Assembly: GCA_002898235.1 (NCBI GenBank)
Contig: BEIL01000001.1
Location: 191,041 to 247,965 of the forward strand
DNA from: a bacterium HR35
GTDB lineage: Bacteria; Patescibacteriota; Minisyncoccia; UBA6257; HR35
Length of the DNA: 56,925 bases
Direction: 5' to 3'
Positions 54,649-56,925 of the stretch are shown here, in pieces. A program made the translations under genes and the position numbers. The notes beneath the pieces are model-generated. The model was not told where the DNA came from. It ran no database searches and saw nothing but the letters and a program-made list of their open reading frames with translations. Positions within the stretch are counted from its first letter, which is position 1. Each line of letters opens with the position of its first letter.

Positions 54649-56220
54649 ATGAAAAATAGTTTAATAGGCTTAGCGATTGGTTTGATTTTAGGTTTAGGTA
54701 TTTCTCTTTTAGCTTGGGTTAATCCTCCTGGAAATCCACCAAGTGGCGGTGGAGTTATTCAAACTCAAAACACAGGTTTATTTATTAATACTAGCACTTA
54801 TTTTACTTCTGGCAACGTCGGCATCGGGACAACGGCACCGGGGGCGAAGTTGGATGTAAATGGAGATATTAATTTCGCAGCTTATTCTTGGCTTAAAAGC
54901 GGTGGAGTGGCTCTTTTATCATATGGAGGTGGAGACAATGCTACATATTTGAGATGCGCTAGTGATAAATGTCATTTCCAAAATGCAGCAGGTAATATGG
55001 ATTTTATAACTATAAACAGCGGCAACGTCGGCATCGGGACGACGAATCCGGATATGAAATTAACAATCTATGGTAGTGGGCAAAATCTGATGAAAATTCA
55101 AAGTAGTGATCAATATCCAAGACTCTACTTTCAGTCTGCTGATAGTGTGGTTGGTGGTGTTTTTAATTGGGATTCCTCTAAAAATATATACTTTGGTGAG
55201 ACAGGATATACAGGAGAATATTACTTCAGAGGAACGGGAAATATTAGAATAGGCAATGATAGAGTATTTATCTCTTCCTCTGGCAACGTCGGCATCGGGA
55301 CGACAGATCCAGCTCACAAACTTCATTTAGTTAGAAATGATACCGTTGATGTTTTTTATCTTTCTGGATGCAGTATTCCAGCTAATTCAACAACTTTTAC
55401 TTGTACTGGAGATATAAGTCAAGTTAAGCCAGGAATGTCTCTTCATGTATTTGCTTCTAGTTATCCAAGTGGTTATACTCCTTTTTGGAGAACAATTGTA
55501 TCTGTTGATTACGGCAGTAAAACTATAACTTTAAATCATCCTTCACCTCCAAGAAATTACGATAGTACTTTTACCTATATGGTAGCAAGAGGTGGAGAGC
55601 TTATTAGTTATCAAGGAAGCAATTACAATTATTTTACTAGACTTTATGGAAGCAATATTTACTTATCATACAATGGATCGTTAAATCCAATAAATGGTGG
55701 TTTAGGAGTCGATAACGGCACATTTAGATTTTATTCTAATAGATCGTTTCATTTCTTTTTAGATACTGATAATGCTTTTGATGATAGCACGGGTGGCATG
55801 GTTTTTAGCATTGGAAAAAACAATAGTTATTTCGGAGCGCCATATGCAGAAATTTTCAGAGTTAATGAACTTGGTCAAGTATGGGCTCCGAGTTATACTT
55901 GTTCCTCTGATATAAGGCTAAAAGAAAATTTGAGGCTTATTTCTGAAGTTCTTCCCAAATTAAACAAAATAAATGTTTATAAATTTACTTGGAATAAAAC
56001 AGCAAAAGAAAAATATAGTTTAACAGGTGAAGATATAGGGGTTATCGCTCAAGAAGTAGAAAAATATTTCCCCGAATTAATTACTGTTGATAACAACGGT
56101 TATAAAAATATAAAATATGATCGATTAAGTTTTATTCTTTTAGAAGCAATCAAAGAACAACAAAAAGAAATTGAGGAATTAAGAAATAAAATTGAATTTT
56201 TAGAAAAAACTCATAAATAA
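54649..56220 (+). CDS. membrane-anchored tail-fibre-like protein with C-terminal S74 intramolecular-chaperone (endosialidase chaperone) domain
   Basis: N-terminal TM helix. SGNVGIGTTxPxxKL motif three times. The C-terminal 105 aa read SSDIRLKENL...VYKFTWN...GVIAQEVEKYFPEL...IKYDRLSFILLEAIKEQQKEIEELRNKIE. Confidence 0.75.
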   Translation: MKNSLIGLAIGLILGLGISLLAWVNPPGNPPSGGGVIQTQNTGLFINTSTYFTSGNVGIGTTAPGAKLDVNGDINFAAYSWLKSGGVALLSYGGGDNATYLRCASDKCHFQNAAGNMDFITINSGNVGIGTTNPDMKLTIYGSGQNLMKIQSSDQYPRLYFQSADSVVGGVFNWDSSKNIYFGETGYTGEYYFRGTGNIRIGNDRVFISSSGNVGIGTTDPAHKLHLVRNDTVDVFYLSGCSIPANSTTFTCTGDISQVKPGMSLHVFASSYPSGYTPFWRTIVSVDYGSKTITLNHPSPPRNYDSTFTYMVARGGELISYQGSNYNYFTRLYGSNIYLSYNGSLNPINGGLGVDNGTFRFYSNRSFHFFLDTDNAFDDSTGGMVFSIGKNNSYFGAPYAEIFRVNELGQVWAPSYTCSSDIRLKENLRLISEVLPKLNKINVYKFTWNKTAKEKYSLTGEDIGVIAQEVEKYFPELITVDNNGYKNIKYDRLSFILLEAIKEQQKEIEELRNKIEFLEKTHK

Positions 56221-56221
56221 A

Positions 56222-56725
56222 ATGAAAAAATTTTTGCTATTAATAGTGGCTCAAATTGTTATTTTTGAAATAGTTAGAGCGCAAAGTTGTCCTGTAAGTT
56301 GTCCTTCTGGTTATACTTATAGCACGAGATGTTGTAATGCTGGAAGTTGTAGTATAAATTTAGGAGATGGAAATCCATCTACGGGATGCACAAGCGGTGG
56401 TTGTTCGGCTAACCCTGAATGCACTTATGGAAATTGCGATTTATGTTGTGAATGCAATCCTCCACCGCCACCATCTTGTTCAAATTCTTGTGGAAGTTCT
56501 TGTAGCTCAATCTGTAGTTGTCCTGGTGGAACTGTTCAGTTAAAATTAAACGAGTACGCTTACAAAAATAAAGGTTATGAAAATTATACTAATGAAATCG
56601 TTATTGGTGATATTGTCGTAAAAAAGAAAAGTGATCATTATTTAGATTTTAACGCTATTAGTTTTTTCGAAAAAATTAAAAAGGATTTAACTTTAATAAT
56701 TTTAAATAAATATAAAATTTTCTAA
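56222..56725 (+). CDS. secreted cysteine-rich protein
   Basis: Signal peptide MKKFLLLIVAQIVIFEIVRAQS. About 20 Cys fall within about 80 aa (CPVSCPSG...CCNAGSC...CDLCCECNPPPPPSCSNSCGSSCSSICSCPGG). The start is 1 nt after the tail-fibre stop. Confidence 0.6.
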   Translation: MKKFLLLIVAQIVIFEIVRAQSCPVSCPSGYTYSTRCCNAGSCSINLGDGNPSTGCTSGGCSANPECTYGNCDLCCECNPPPPPSCSNSCGSSCSSICSCPGGTVQLKLNEYAYKNKGYENYTNEIVIGDIVVKKKSDHYLDFNAISFFEKIKKDLTLIILNKYKIF

Positions 56726-56766
56726 TATTTTGGTATCATTAAGAAATTTCAATTCTTTAAGCTAGG

Positions 56767-56925
56767 ATGAAAAATCCTGAAATAGCTAAACTTTTAAGGA
56801 TGATGGCGATTTATTTGGAGATGAAGGGAGTTCAGTTTAAGCCACAAGCTTATGAAAAGGCTGCTTATTCGATTGAGGCTTTGGATGAAGATATTGAGGA
56901 ATTTGTAAAAAAGCAAGGAAAAGAA
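56767..56925 (+). CDS. polX: family X DNA polymerase (PolX), N-terminal fragment running off the window end
   Basis: Own translation: MKNPEIAKLLRMMAIYLEMKGVQFKPQAYEKAAYSIEALDEDIEEFVKKQGKE. This is the typical PolX 8-kDa/HhH N-terminus. Confidence 0.7.
   Translation, partial: MKNPEIAKLLRMMAIYLEMKGVQFKPQAYEKAAYSIEALDEDIEEFVKKQGKE

Noticed and set aside
54649-56725. A prophage or phage remnant around the tail-fibre-like gene.
   Set aside because: The immediate neighbours are gyrB and polX. No capsid, portal, terminase, integrase or att-like repeats are visible in the window. It is treated as a stand-alone, domesticated surface fibre.
1-56925. An alternative genetic code (TGA recoding, as in Gracilibacteria/Absconditabacteria).
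   Set aside because: Conserved genes (secA, gyrB, serS, tyrS) are full length under the standard code. TGA functions as a stop codon in ATGA-type gene overlaps, for example at 36571-36574.

Overview
This is an AT-rich, gene-dense chromosomal segment with short intergenic spacers. About 85% of the genes are on the minus strand, and many starts and stops overlap (ATGA type). The gene content points to a reduced-genome Patescibacteria/CPR (Parcubacteria-like) bacterium using the standard code; that taxonomic call is inference.

Recognisable housekeeping genes:
- Nucleotide and DNA metabolism: pyrG (partial), gyrB, polX (partial).
- Translation and tRNA/rRNA modification: tyrS, serS, rsmI, rplU, rpsI, rplM, archease.
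- Cell wall and division: murD, murG, ftsW, and an ftsQ-like gene.
- Other: secA, clpP, sodA, a pheA/tyrA pair, and a ROK glucokinase.
- Six tRNA genes, none encoding a 3' CCA.

Accessory or unusual content:
1. A dCTP deaminase gene is split by a 422-aa LAGLIDADG intein.
2. CG-containing short-unit repeat modules sit in frame inside murD, the glucokinase gene and a DUF72 gene. In places the same DNA repeat is translated in different reading frames.
3. A 28-bp palindrome occurs five times around an ArsR-type regulator gene, in an unusually long non-coding spacer.
4. A surface-glycan cluster of about 12 kb carries GT2/GT4/CgeB-like transferases plus three methyltransferases, next to an epimerase, a GT2-polytopic membrane fusion and GtrA.
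5. A small toxin-antitoxin islet holds a RelE-like pair, a lone HicB, an orphan antitoxin paralogue, a STAS-like protein and a HEPN/MNT pair.
6. A DUF4258-like small gene is translationally coupled to a large HD-domain protein.
7. A membrane-anchored tail-fibre-like protein has a C-terminal S74 intramolecular-chaperone domain and is followed by a secreted Cys-rich protein.
8. Two domain fusions are present: YkuD+M23 and MGMT+TsaC.
9. Two GC-rich structured intergenic islands are present.

No rRNA genes, CRISPR array, cas genes, transposase or integrase were seen.
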